Source: the human T2T-CHM13v2.0 reference genome, Homo sapiens
NCBI RefSeq assembly: GCF_009914755.1
Contig: NC_060933.1
Direction: 5' to 3' (one strand)
DNA: 64,000 nucleotides
Shown one piece after another: positions 35,311 through 47,385 of this stretch (position 1 is its first letter; the number at the start of each line of letters is the position of its first letter). The position numbers and the translations under genes were made by a program. Under the pieces are notes generated by a model. It made no database searches. It was not told where the DNA came from and saw only the letters and a program-made list of their open reading frames with translations.

Positions 35311-35373
35311 CTATTTCTTCTATCTTCTTTTGCAGCGTTCTTCTTGGCCTGAGAATTTCTTTACAAGGTTCAT
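35311..35373 (-). CDS. C5: C5 exon 16 (63 nt) (D)[20 protein letters not shown]: RPRR processing site and C5a N-terminus
   Basis: Translation; RPRR at 35339-35350; CAG acceptor, GTACTG donor. Confidence 0.97.
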
Positions 35374-36365
35374 CTGGTTTTTTTAAAAAAAGATAAAGAA
35401 GAAGGATTAAAAAGGAGATAAAATCTCAAAAAAAAATTCCATGAAACTATTTAAGTATTTAGAGCCTTCACAAGTCATTCCTTAACAAATATTGAGGGGC
35501 TGCTTTGGATTAGGAACTGTGCACCATACTTCTTAATATGACTTGTTTTATCTTAGTGGAGTTCATGATCTAGTGTCATATCTTTTGACTTATTTTATCT
35601 GAATTTGGTTTTGAATCCTGCAGCCTCTCTGATCCACTGATTCCAGAGAAATACCTAAGCATTTAGAGTGAGTGATGCTTTTGTTGGGTATGCTATTTTT
35701 ATTATTTGCTCTTTGTGCTATATTATTGCAAATATAACTATGAATACCACAGTATCAAGTATAATTATGAACAATTTTAAAACCATAGAAAGAAGATGAT
35801 TAAGGTATGGTTACTATCCTTAAAGAGCTCCTGATGCAGTAGGTGAGCAGGACTTACAACTACATGTAAGAATGCACAATGACACAATGCTGTTCTATAA
35901 CTTGTAAATAGATCTAGTCCCTGCAATAGCCTCCCTATTAAAGGAGGAGGGAATTATAAATTCTATGTGGGGAAGAGGTCTTGTAGAGGCGATGATTCTT
36001 ACATTGCTTCTCCAGGCTAATGAAGGGGAAACCAATTCCAATAAATAAAGGCCCAAAGGTGCAAAATAGCATAATGCCACTCAAGAACTCCACTTGGTTC
36101 TGTAGAGCTTAAACATAACGTAAGGCACAGCAGGGTAAGAGCTAGTTGGAGAGAGCCAGGGCGAAGATCATGGAAGGTTTTGAGTACTACACTAAAGAAT
36201 TTGTACTTTATCTTGAAGGCCAGTGAAACATTTTATACAGGTGAGTTATGTAGTCTTGGCATTCTAAGATCAGGGTACAGAATATTTGGGAAGAAGGATA
36301 AAAATGAGATCTGGGGGGCAAATGATCAATGGGATTTTCAGTAATAAACATGCTGAGCATTTTAC

Positions 36366-36495
36366 CATTTTCTTGGGAGTCATCTGCATTTGCATTAGTG
36401 AGGAAGGTAAGTCCAGCTAGGTGGAACACATTGGCATTGTTGAGGCCACCACCTGCCCCACAGCCCAGATCACTCTTCTCTAAGAATTGAAATAC
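36366..36495 (-). CDS. C5: C5 exon 15 (130 nt) [17 protein letters not shown]...DDSQEN(D)
   Basis: Translation (ORF 36208..36525); CAG acceptor, GTAAAA donor. Confidence 0.98.
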
Positions 36496-37473
36496 CTGTC
36501 CAGAAAGGCAAAATGTTGAGCACATTGAGATGTATAAATCATTCCTCTAAAGATCTAAAAGGTACTAATTGTTACATGGTTATCACAAACCAGTGAAATA
36601 CACAGATGATATTTTTCAAATGATCAAAGACAAAATTTCCCAACTTTGTTTCTAAGTTTGTCCTTTTGTATTTATAAATACATAACTATTCAAAGTTAAA
36701 TCAAGAACTAAGTCTTAAACAAATAGCTTTGATGAGGAGTTTCTTAGAAACTGATATATAGTGTTTTGTACATAGAATGAATGCTGCAATCAATATAATG
36801 TTCCAAATAAATAAATAAATAGGTATGAATGCATGAAGGACTGAATTAACATAGAAATTAATTTTAAGTTGCTTTAAAAGCACAACTTTGTGCATTTTGG
36901 TGGGGAGGTCCCTAGGTTCTAAATGGCTGAAGACTTGTTTGGACAGGCTTATTCGTTCTCCGAGTATTTTTTAATTTTACAGTTTCTCAGTCCTTCCTTC
37001 CTTGTTCAAAGACATTCAAGCCTCGAAAATAATAGCTGAACATAATAAGATAAATAGGAACTTATGAGAATTGAATGATTTTGAGATTCTTCTGTGCTAT
37101 GGATTTCAATGAGAATTTAAAAAAAATCCAAATGTTACCTATACAGGTCTTTCCTGTGCTGCTACTAGCTACTATAACTGCCATCAACACCCTACCCTAA
37201 ACCTCCAAAGTATTCTGATAGTAATTTTTCCTCCATGAATGTAATTGCTACCATGATCATATATTCTTAAAGTGCTTACATTTACATTTGAAAAACAAAA
37301 GAGGATTGACCTGTGCTTTGGGAGCTGACAGGAGGATGGTTTACCTTCCTAAAAATGAGTATGTTGAGTAGATTACAGAAAAGCAGGCCTAGTCTTCCCT
37401 TAGTTCTTCCTCCATATCCTAGCCTGGTGGCCACACTTCATGCAACACTGCAGCGAGACATGCATTACTTAAC

Positions 37474-37623
37474 TCTTTCCAAGGGCTTTTTGGCTCCTCT
37501 TTGGACTCCATACACAGCACTGTCCACTGCTGCTAATGCCACCCAGGAATCCATTCCAGTTGCCATATTAAGAGACACAGTTTGGCCTGGAGAATATGCA
37601 TCTGCATCAGGAGACAGATGAAC
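37474..37623 (-). CDS. C5: C5 exon 14 (150 nt) [18 protein letters not shown]...AKKPLER
   Basis: Translation; TAG acceptor, atypical GTTAAG donor. Confidence 0.97.
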
Positions 37624-37754
37624 CTAAAAGTTCATTTGAAAAAGAAAAGAAAAGATCATTTGTATGAGACAAGACTTTTCAGAAGCAGCTAAAACTTTGG
37701 CAGCCTCCTTCATTGAAAAGAAAATTCAATTGTGACTTATAATTTGTGGCTTAC

Positions 37755-37964
37755 CTGGAGCTGGTTGCCACATTTTTCTTCAATATTTAACCAGACTGAA
37801 TCAGACACTAATTCTGCTGTCTGTTCTCCTGTGACGATGTAATAGACCAGAAGTCGGGATGAAGGAACCATGTTCTGTGTTACTGGAATGTTTATACTTT
37901 GATAAGATGCATCTGAAAATTTCTCCCTCGTGCCAAAGTGGATAATTTTGCCCTTGGATAAAAT
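37755..37964 (-). CDS. C5: C5 exon 13 (210 nt) [15 protein letters not shown]...EEKCGNQLQ
   Basis: Translation; TAG acceptor, GTAAGC donor. Confidence 0.97.
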
Positions 37965-38082
37965 CTAAAAATAAACAGCAGCAGCAACAATAAGTAAAAA
38001 ATAAACAAACAAAAACAAAACCTGTGCTTTAGGATGCAGCCTGGAGCTGGAGCAGAAATTATGTTAAAGAAAAATAAAGTTA

Positions 38083-38390
38083 GGCTGGGCACAGTGGCTC
38101 ACACCTGTAATCCTAGCACTTTGGGAGGCCGAGGTGGGCCGATCACTTGAGGCCAGGAGTTCAAGACCAGCCTGGCCAACATAGTGAAACACCATCTCTA
38201 CTAAAAATACAAAAGTTAGCCAGGCATGGTGGTGCATGACTGTAATCACACCTACTCGGGAGGCTGAGGCATGAGAATTACTGGAGCCCGAGAGGTGAAG
38301 TTTGCAGTGAGCTGAGATCATGCCACTGCACTCCAGCCTGTGCAACAGAGCAAGACTCTGTCTCAAAAAAAAAAAAAAAAAAAAAAAAAA
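38083..38390 (+). mobile_element. AluS
   Basis: Full Alu with long A tail. Confidence 0.92.
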
Positions 38391-38404
38391 GACATACCAA
38401 TTTT

Positions 38405-39004
<600 letters not shown>

Positions 39005-40097
39005 TCAATAAGAGGAATATTATTCTCCTCATTTAAGAAACTGAGGCTCAGAAACTAAAAGTCATACTGATTTTAATTCAAAATCACACAACTAGTAAAT
39101 TAGAGAGCTAAAATTTGAACCCAAAAACTGTTCAAAGTCATCACACTGTCACTAAAACCCCTTTTGTTTCACCGATTAAAAAAAAATAGATGAATAAGTG
39201 GAGTGCATCTTATTTGGGGATTTAAAGCCAGGGTTTAGATTCTAAATTGAAGGTTTAAGATTAAAAAAAAAAAATCACATGAAGCCAAAATGCCCTCAGA
39301 GGTCCCTTAAATTGTCCTTAGAGACCAGAACTGCATACATGGATTTGGTATCTAGTCCATAAACAGTTTCCCTTTATCAGTCAATATTTATCTATGGTCC
39401 TCATTACTGTTTTTTCAATTTCTTCCTCAAAAATGTTGAAAAGCCAACAGCATGTACTTGGCCTGGCTGTCGAAATAATTCATTCCATTTATTTGGTGAT
39501 TGTCAGGAAGCTCTTAATATTTTCTGTAAGTTTTTTTCTTGGTTTCACCAACAGGCTTCATCGATCCACCTCTGTTTAATATAAATGATGCAATAGGGAT
39601 GTTGCTCAGCTACAGAATTGGAACAGGCAAGATAGGATTCAATTCTCAGGAGAGGATTTTGCTTCCCCATTTTTTGACAATAAAATTCACTTATCCGAAC
39701 TGGGTCTAGGCATATAATCTTTGGCCATGAAAGAGAACAGAGGCAACATGATTTAATCAGGTTCTCGCTTTGGAATAACTAGGCTCTCTTTGGTAAAAAG
39801 TGTTATTAGAACAGGAGTCAGAGTCCTCAGCTCAAATCAAAATTTTCCTCTTCCCAGCTGAGTAACCATCATAAGTCTTTTAACTTCTCTGTCCCTCAGT
39901 TTCCTCATCTGTGAAATGGTCATGAAAATCATGCCCTATTTCAAAGGTTTTTTGAGAAACTGATGTTCAAGTTAGATGATGTTCTTGAAAGTGCTTTGGG
40001 AATAAAAGTATAAAGGATAATTCTAATGCCTCTCTAGAGGCAAAGGAAAATGTTCCAGGTGGGGGAATAAGATGTAAATCCATCATTATGTACTTAC

Positions 40098-40301
40098 CAA
40101 GTAATTATAGTGAGTTATTTTGTCAATATATGGGCTTTTGGGGGTAACAATAATATTCAGATGTTCTCCCACTAGCAAAGCCTTATGGTTATCAGTCCAA
40201 TCAATATAAAGGTAACTTTGGCTGAGAGATGAGTATGCTATTGCTCGGTAACCTTCCCTGGCCTGATTTTCTTCTGGAAGATCTGGAGCATCAGTTTTGA
40301 C
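40098..40301 (-). CDS. C5: C5 exon 12 (204 nt) [18 protein letters not shown]...KITHYNYL
   Basis: Translation; CAG acceptor, GTAAGT donor. Confidence 0.97.
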
Positions 40302-41630
40302 CTGAAAAGAGAAATTTCAAAAAGACATGTATACTGTGATGTAATGCTTTCTGTAAAACATACCTTTCAAATTATTTTCCTTGCTTTATAAATTTCTAAA
40401 TTTCACAATAACAAATGCTAAAGGGGAAAAAACCCTCCATTACTTCAGTGTTTATACAGCTGTGGTGTCAAGCAACTTTACAAAGACTACAGACAAGAAT
40501 GATGGGATTATGGGCTATGGCGGAAAAGTCTGAAATGAAGAGAGAAAGATGCTCCAGGAATAATTATTGGTGGTCTTCCTGAAATGTCATGGTAAGTTGG
40601 GACTTCTCCTCGCATGGGATGATTACAGAGAGATGCCTAAGCATTTAGGAAATGGGGGTAGGAGAAGGGAAGTAGTGGGGAGGTAGCACTAACTCTTGGG
40701 GACAGGAGCTATGAACGAACATCTCAGAGACTATCTGGCCCAGTTTCATTGTGAAGTAGAGGCACAGATGGGTGCTTATAAATATGAGGTGGAGAAGAAA
40801 TGATATCATGGCAGCAATATCTACCCTCAGACAGCAGAAGTGTTATTAGCTCATGCTCTGGAGTCAGGTACACACTGGTTCACATACCAGTACCACCACG
40901 TATTAACTCTGGATAAAATTAGTTAATCAAAAGAGAGGTTAGAAGCCTCCATTTCCTGAGCCACACAATGGCAAAGATAATATTCTAACTCATCTTGCTA
41001 ATTAAATGGTGTTTCATGTATTCTTCATAAAGCTCTCAGCATGATGCCTAGCATTTAGTAAGTGCTCAATAGATGACAGTGAGCATATGCATGCTGCAGT
41101 CATTGGCCTATGTTATTATGTTACTAAGTTACTTTGTAACTATGTTACTATGTTATTGCTCATATTTTATTTGAGATTGGGAACTTAAATAATATTTGCT
41201 GCGAGAGAAGACTATTAAGTGGGCTCTAAAGTAGAATGGTTTCTGTAGTTAGAAAAAAGGGAGGCTTCCATATTTTTGACCCTTTTGTGGCCCTTCAGGG
41301 GATTAAAAGTGAGGGGGGAAGAGAGGATATTCCTAACACTCATGTGCACTGCTATACCTATTCTGAAGCTTCTAGAGTCTGATATGGTCTTAACGGTGTA
41401 AGATAAAACAATTAACTCCCAAATAAAAAATTGATACATTTATCTTCCTCAAGGACCATTCAATGGATTAGCAGATTGTCTCTGGGACTAATTTGTCTTG
41501 GATGCAAAATTATGGAACTGTTCACTGGACTCATGTGTAAAATCTGCCGCATCTGTTCTGCACACTAGCCAAAACACATGGTCAAGAGTACACATTGTCC
41601 TAGAAAATACAACAGGAGAATTCAGCTCAC

Positions 41631-41816
41631 ATTAAACTCCAGCACCGTCACTCCAGATGGGAGATTAAGCACAAAGGAAGCTACTCCATCATCAACACGT
41701 GTTACACTTTTGCTTGGATCCAAGTCAGATGTCTCTTGGTTTACATCAATTGTTTGTGCATTCAGTGTTACTGGGACCCCTCCTACCAACTGGTCAAGCG
41801 AATCTTTAACCTGCAC
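41631..41816 (-). CDS. C5: C5 exon 11 (186 nt) [21 protein letters not shown]...VTVLEFN
   Basis: Translation (ORF 41622..41816); CAG acceptor, GTGAGC donor. Confidence 0.98.
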
Positions 41817-41939
41817 CTGTTTGTCAAAACAATCCAGATCTATTTCAACAGCTCATCACTTATTTTAAAGCACAATTCTGAAATAATTTTCCTTCCTCCC
41901 CACCAAAGTATAAATTATTTATGTATTTTTTTCTGAAAA

Positions 41940-42107
41940 TTTTTTTTCTGAGACAGAGACTTACTACGTTGCCCAGGTTGGAGTGCAGTGGCTATTCACA
42001 GGCACAATCATAGCGCACTGCAACCTTGAACTATTGGCCTCAAGCCATCCTCCCACCTCAGCCTCCCAAGTAGCTGGAACTATTTAGGCATGCTCCACCA
42101 CACCTGG
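41940..42107 (-). mobile_element. FRAM / AluJ right monomer
   Basis: Single right arm in reverse with T tail. Confidence 0.82.
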
Positions 42108-43523
42108 TTTACTTATGTTTAATTTAGTAAAGAGAAGTGTATTCTCAGCTTATAGAAAGATTTAATTCTATTTAGTTAAATCATTCTTGAAGAGATTCTC
42201 CCATAAATCAAGCAAACTCAAAACATAAATATCATTCTATTAAGTCAGTCAAGGAGTAGGTGTGATAAGGTCTTCTGCTATCTAACTTCTGTATTTCTTT
42301 GATTGGTTTAGGACTGGATAAAGGAGAAAATGAGGCAATCGCTTCTGGGAATAAGTCCCTTGAATATGAGAAACAAAAATAGATACACCTTTTTTCCTTT
42401 AACATCTACCTCTCACTGCCATATATATATATATACACACACAATTCCACACAGATATAGTTTGTTATTTTACTTTTATATAAACATATTTTAAGCTTAT
42501 GTTCTATATAATATTGCTATATTTACATATTTTAGTATATATATTATATATTACTGTATATGCATTATATGATACTTTGTTATATATTATTTTCTATATA
42601 TAGTATATATATGTAAGAACCTACAAGCATGTCCAAACCTTGCTTTGGGCTTGGTAAATCCTTTTTTTTCTTAAAAGCCCATGACCCACAGTAAATAATA
42701 AATAACACATTTTGATTGTACTTAAGTTGATTTTAAAAAGTAACACATTTTCAAAGAACAAAAAAAAATTTTGCTCTGGATTTCTAAATTAAGGGCAGGG
42801 AATAAACATTTCCATTTAATCAACATAATAAAATATATTATTTATAATAAAATATATAATGATAGATAAAAATCTAAAAACCACATGAATGTTTCAATTC
42901 TATACTGTCAGCATTTAGAGGAGGAAAAGAAGGTGAAAGAGAGAAAAATGAATGCAGAGGAGTAAGCAAAAAAGACAGAAAAAAAGAGATTCAGGGACGG
43001 AAAGAAGCAAAAATGAAAAGAACAGAGAGCAATACAGAGACAAGAGATTGAACAGAGTTATGCACAAAGACAACACAGAGACAGAGGGAAACAAATGAGA
43101 CACACTGGAGGCAAAAACATAGTGAGAGAAAGGAGTCTATTTTCAAGGAATGATATCTCCATCTTAAGGCTTTTTAAGAATTTGCCACCAAATAATTTTA
43201 AATGTTTGTATTTTTGAACTAGAGTCTTATGAGATTTTATTTACATATAATTTAATGCTTATTTATTACATGTAATTTAATGCTTATTTAGGGATGCCTA
43301 ATACAAGGCTATCTTGCCCTCACTTTTGAAGTCATTGCCAAGGCTGCAGCTGACCTTCAATTTCCCATCCCTGTCTGTGTCCACCAAGAGGGGCAGGTTT
43401 CACAGAATAAGCTCCCTCTGTGACTTCATGGCAACATTCTTACCCTGTTTGCCACCCACATGTTTTCCATGAACAGAACAAGATGATCATATGTAGCAAC
43501 GTCTACCCCCTCACCCAATCTAC

Positions 43524-43639
43524 CTTGATGGGATATGGAATCCCAGGCTTCAGGAAAAGAGGAGTAGCAACCAAATTCAGTTTGTAGGGAGAGAGGACAT
43601 ATTTGATGCCAGGTATTTCTGCCTCTTCAGAAAATCCAC
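43524..43639 (-). CDS. C5: C5 exon 10 (116 nt) (G)[38 protein letters not shown]
   Basis: Translation (ORF 43503..43709); TAG acceptor, GTAGAT donor. Confidence 0.98.
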
Positions 43640-44118
43640 CTAAGGAAATGGCAAGCATCATGTTGACAGTTTTTAGGAGTATCATGATCTGTATGGATAT
43701 CCATTTCATCTCTATATGTCTCCACAGACTTATTCATTCACTCACTCCATTCTTGCATTCATTCATTTACCAGTAGTAAGTAGGACATAGGTCTTGCTTC
43801 AGAGGGGCACAGCAGAGAAGAGTTTAGACCTCAGGAGTTTCCAAGGCCTTATGCACAAGCTCGTATGTAGAGAAGCTCTTGGAGAAGTAGAGCTACAGGA
43901 CTGGACTGAGGAAGGATGCCAGGAAGGGACACCACTTTTCATCAGTGGCCTGAGTTTCAGTTGACTGTATTCAAGGGATTGAGGAGAGAGGGAAGGGTCA
44001 GGCCAGAAACTGAGCCTTACAGAAGTGGAGGTGGGGGATGGGGGTTGGTGTTCACAGAGCATAGATACATAGAGAGAAATCAGAAAAAGGGAGCTTGATA
44101 TAGAAAGAACCCTGAAGG

Positions 44119-44333
44119 GGAGTTCGAGACCAGCCGGGCCAACATGGTGAAACCTCATCCCTACTAAAACTAAAAAACGAAAACAAAAAAAGTGCCAGGC
44201 ATGGTGGTATATGCCTGTAATCTCAGCTACTCGGGAGGCTGAGGCAGGAGAATTGCTTGAACCCAGGAGGCGGAGGTTGCATTGAGCTGAGACTGTACCA
44301 CTGCACTCCAGTCTGGGCAACAGAGCAAGACTC
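44119..44333 (+). mobile_element. 5'-truncated AluS
   Basis: Starts at ggagttcgagaccagcc; right arm complete; tail replaced by G-rich repeat. Confidence 0.88.
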
Positions 44334-44484
44334 GGGAGGGGAGGGAGGGAGGGGAGGGGAGGGGAGGGGGGAGGGGGAGGGGGAGGGGGAGGGGAGGGGA
44401 GCGGGAGGGGGGAGGGGGAGGGGAGGGGGAGGGGAGGGGGAGGAGAGGGAGGGGAGCGGGAGGGGGGGAGGGGGAGGGAAGGGG
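44334..44484. repeat. G-rich (GGGGA/GGGGGA)n repeat
   Basis: About 150 bp with more than 20 runs of 3-6 G separated mostly by single A. Confidence 0.97.
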
Positions 44485-45517
44485 ACATGACCAGACAACT
44501 GGCAAGAGCCCAATAATGTTATCCTCCAGGTAAAGATTAAGTTAAACTATTAAGAATAACATTTGAAGCTTTAATATTCCCAAACTCCTTTCCAATATTA
44601 CATCTCTAATACATTCTATACATATCCTATATTTTAGCCAAACTGGATGATCTGCTGTCCTCAAAGATTAAGCTTCACCATCTACTCTTCTTCATCTGCC
44701 CTCTCTCTGGAGGGTTTCTATTTCACCCTGTCTAGCAACTCTGCCTCAAAACCCTAATTATTTTTCAAGACTGATCATCTTCACAACACTGTTCTTGCTT
44801 GCTCAACAATCATCTAGAAGCTCACCTTCCTCTGAATCCTATTGCATTAATATTTTGCTTAGAGCTCATATGGAATTCTTTCTTGCAACAGTTCTTTCTT
44901 CACCTGTCTTATATCTGATGCTAATTTGTAAGCCACTTTAGTGCTGGCATCATACATCATTAATGTTTGCAAGCCTGTCTGTTTGGCAATACTTTAAATA
45001 TCTCATAGATACTGCTTAAACTGAACTTATTTAAAATAAGTTGAGGAAAAAATAAAAAGAAGAAACATTAAAATAATGTTGAAAACTTTAGGCTTTAGGA
45101 AACATTCAGTTTGACTCCATCATTATGTAGACTATAATAATGATAATAGTAATAACTTTTATTTGTATAGTACTTTATCAAATAGTTTTACACACATAAT
45201 CTTATTTTGGTTTTGATTTTCACCACGTGAGGACACTAGGGTGCCAAATGGTCAAGGCAGAGAGCCTGCAGAACTACTTTGGACATGAATTGGGTACTGT
45301 TTTCCCATTTTTGCAGTAGAAGTGGAGGTAATAGGGACCCAATGGCTTGTCCAATGACTAAAAAGAAGCAGAGCCCTACTGCCTTTTTATAACTATATAA
45401 AAGTCTACTTCTTATAATTATATTTAACTATGAAAGAAAATACAATGTGAAATAATTATAGAAATTGGAAATTATTTATATCTTTAATATTCTGTCTAAA
45501 TATTTTTCAAAAGAAAG

Positions 45518-45520
<3 letters not shown>

Positions 45521-45560
<40 letters not shown>
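45521..45560. repeat. (AC)20 microsatellite abutting the exon 9 donor
   Basis: 40 bp perfect dinucleotide repeat. Confidence 0.98.
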
Positions 45561-45562
<2 letters not shown>

Positions 45563-45564
45563 AC

Positions 45565-45691
45565 CTGTAGACTCTATGACTGTTACAGCAATATAAAGGT
45601 ACTTGTTGTTTAAATCTTCTAAACTGTAGTATGACAGTTCTTTGACTGCTGTTTCAGAATCAAATGTGACTTGAGCAATTCCATTTATCAA
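45565..45691 (-). CDS. C5: C5 exon 9 (127 nt) [19 protein letters not shown]...VIEST(G)
   Basis: Translation (ORF 45476..45691); AAG acceptor, GTAAGT donor. Confidence 0.98.
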
Positions 45692-46594
45692 CTTTTTAAA
45701 AGGAGAAAAAGGAGGAGTTATTTCGGAGAAGAACTTATAAGGAAAAATTAATAAAATCTGCTTTTACTAACCTCTAAATTGAAGGTAAATGTCAGAAGAA
45801 TGGTTTAGTGTCAAAAGTAAAGTAGATAACCGAGTCCACGATTAAGCCCAGGATGTTATTTTCTAATTATTTGTATAGAATTATAGAAGTAGAAGGGTCT
45901 TGAACATCACATGGTCCAACAGGTCTTTTTGGTAATAGCTGACAAACACGACTTCTTCCAATTCCTGCGTCATCATTCATCTTTATAGGCCTCTCAGCGT
46001 ACTTCCGCCCTTAACTGAGAGTTTGTTGGTTTTTATAATATTTAATTTGTACTTCACTGCTTACAAATTTAAATACTAATTTTAAAACACACAATGAGTA
46101 AAGGGATGTGGGGTTAAGTCATATTATATTATTTAATTATTAACACAACAGTAAAATAAACTTTGCCTTATTTTTTCTTATAAAATTGAGCGACTTGAGG
46201 GCAGGCATTTTTGTCTTATTTAGCCTTACATCCCAGTGTCTAGCATAGAATTTTGCATTTTAAAAATGCATTTAATTTACATCTTGAATTAATAAGATTG
46301 TAGAGGATAAATGATTGATGATGCAAACCAAATGAATACGAAAAAGTGAGCAAAAATGACATGAACTCATATCATCTGTGGTATAATGTAAAGAACGCTG
46401 AATAAGGGAAAGGGAACCAGCGCCCTAATCTCAGTTCCAGCAATCATTAGCCCTAAACTATGGACAAATAACTTCATGAATATTTCCTTGCAAGAAACTA
46501 TGCTGTCTCTGGGCATATAAGGGAAATGATTCAGACTCACAAATAGTTTAATATTGAAAATGATAGATAAGTAAACAAGCCATTCCAGTAAAGA

Positions 46595-46793
46595 AGGGTT
46601 TCTCAACCCCTCAGCATTATTGACATTTTGAACAGGATAATTCTTTGTTGTAGGGGCCTGCCCTGTGCATGGTAGGAATTTAGCAGCATCCCCGGCCTCT
46701 CCCTAGTAAACACCAGTAGCAACCACAAATGTCTCTGGACATTGCCAAATGTCTCCTTGGGAATAAAAAATCACCCCTAGTTGAGAACCGCTG
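46595..46793 (+). mobile_element. MER20 (hAT-Charlie)
   Basis: ggtttctcaacc...ttgacatttt...gacattgccaaatgtc...gttgagaaccgctg terminal inverted repeats. Confidence 0.85.
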
Positions 46794-47270
46794 CAATGAA
46801 ATGTGAAGAATGTGTTAAGAAAAGAGGCTATACAGCCGGGGCAGCTAACCTAGTGTAGAAGAGTCAGGGGAGGCTTCCCAGAGAAAGGCTGTCAATGTTG
46901 AAACTTAAAGAATGAGAAGGAATTAGCCAGGCAAAGAAGGGGCAGGAGGTGACAATGGGAAAGAGCATTTTCAAGCAGAATAAATGATATTGTAAAGACC
47001 TGGAGGCAAGAGAGACTTTGGTCAGTTAGAGAAATTGGAGTGATTAATACAAAGGGGAGGGAGGGAGGAAAGGGCATGAGATCAGCTGGTAAGGGAGGCT
47101 GATGCCAAGGAAAATGAACTTTACCCTAAAGGCAAAGGGAAGCCAATGGAGGATTTTAAGTTTCAACCTATCTAAAATGGGGGATTGGACTAGATGGTTT
47201 TTAAGTAACTTCTCATCTCTCACCTCTGGATGCATCTGTAGGTGTGAGTGACTGTGTCTTAACATCTTAC

Positions 47271-47385
47271 CATTGTGTTTTGCATTGCTGTTTGCATCAT
47301 TTCTTTTTGATCATCTTTTAAGTCTTCTCTTATTCCAAATGTGATATAAACGTCAGCCTCAGTGACTACTTTATTATAAAAATAT
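47271..47385 (-). CDS. C5: C5 exon 8 (115 nt) (R)[22 protein letters not shown]...MQNTM
   Basis: Translation; CAG acceptor, GTAAGA donor. Confidence 0.97.

Noticed and set aside
37313-37621. 102-aa ORF antisense to exon 14 (similar ORFs opposite exons 11 and 20)
   Set aside because: Shadow frames of coding exons with non-ATG or context-free starts and no supporting signals
43381-43396. CTCF-like ccaccaagaggggcag in intron 10
   Set aside because: Spacing does not fit the core; one G short in the best register
43799-44513. 229-aa proline-rich ORF and related frames
   Set aside because: Derived from the G-rich repeat plus Alu
40079-45130. 14-mer tccatcattatgta present near 40079 and near 45117
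   Set aside because: Isolated short AT-rich match with no extended homology; compatible with chance in 64 kb
46690-46725. CTCF site often carried by MER20
   Set aside because: The corresponding segment is degraded in this copy (ccctagtaaacacc)
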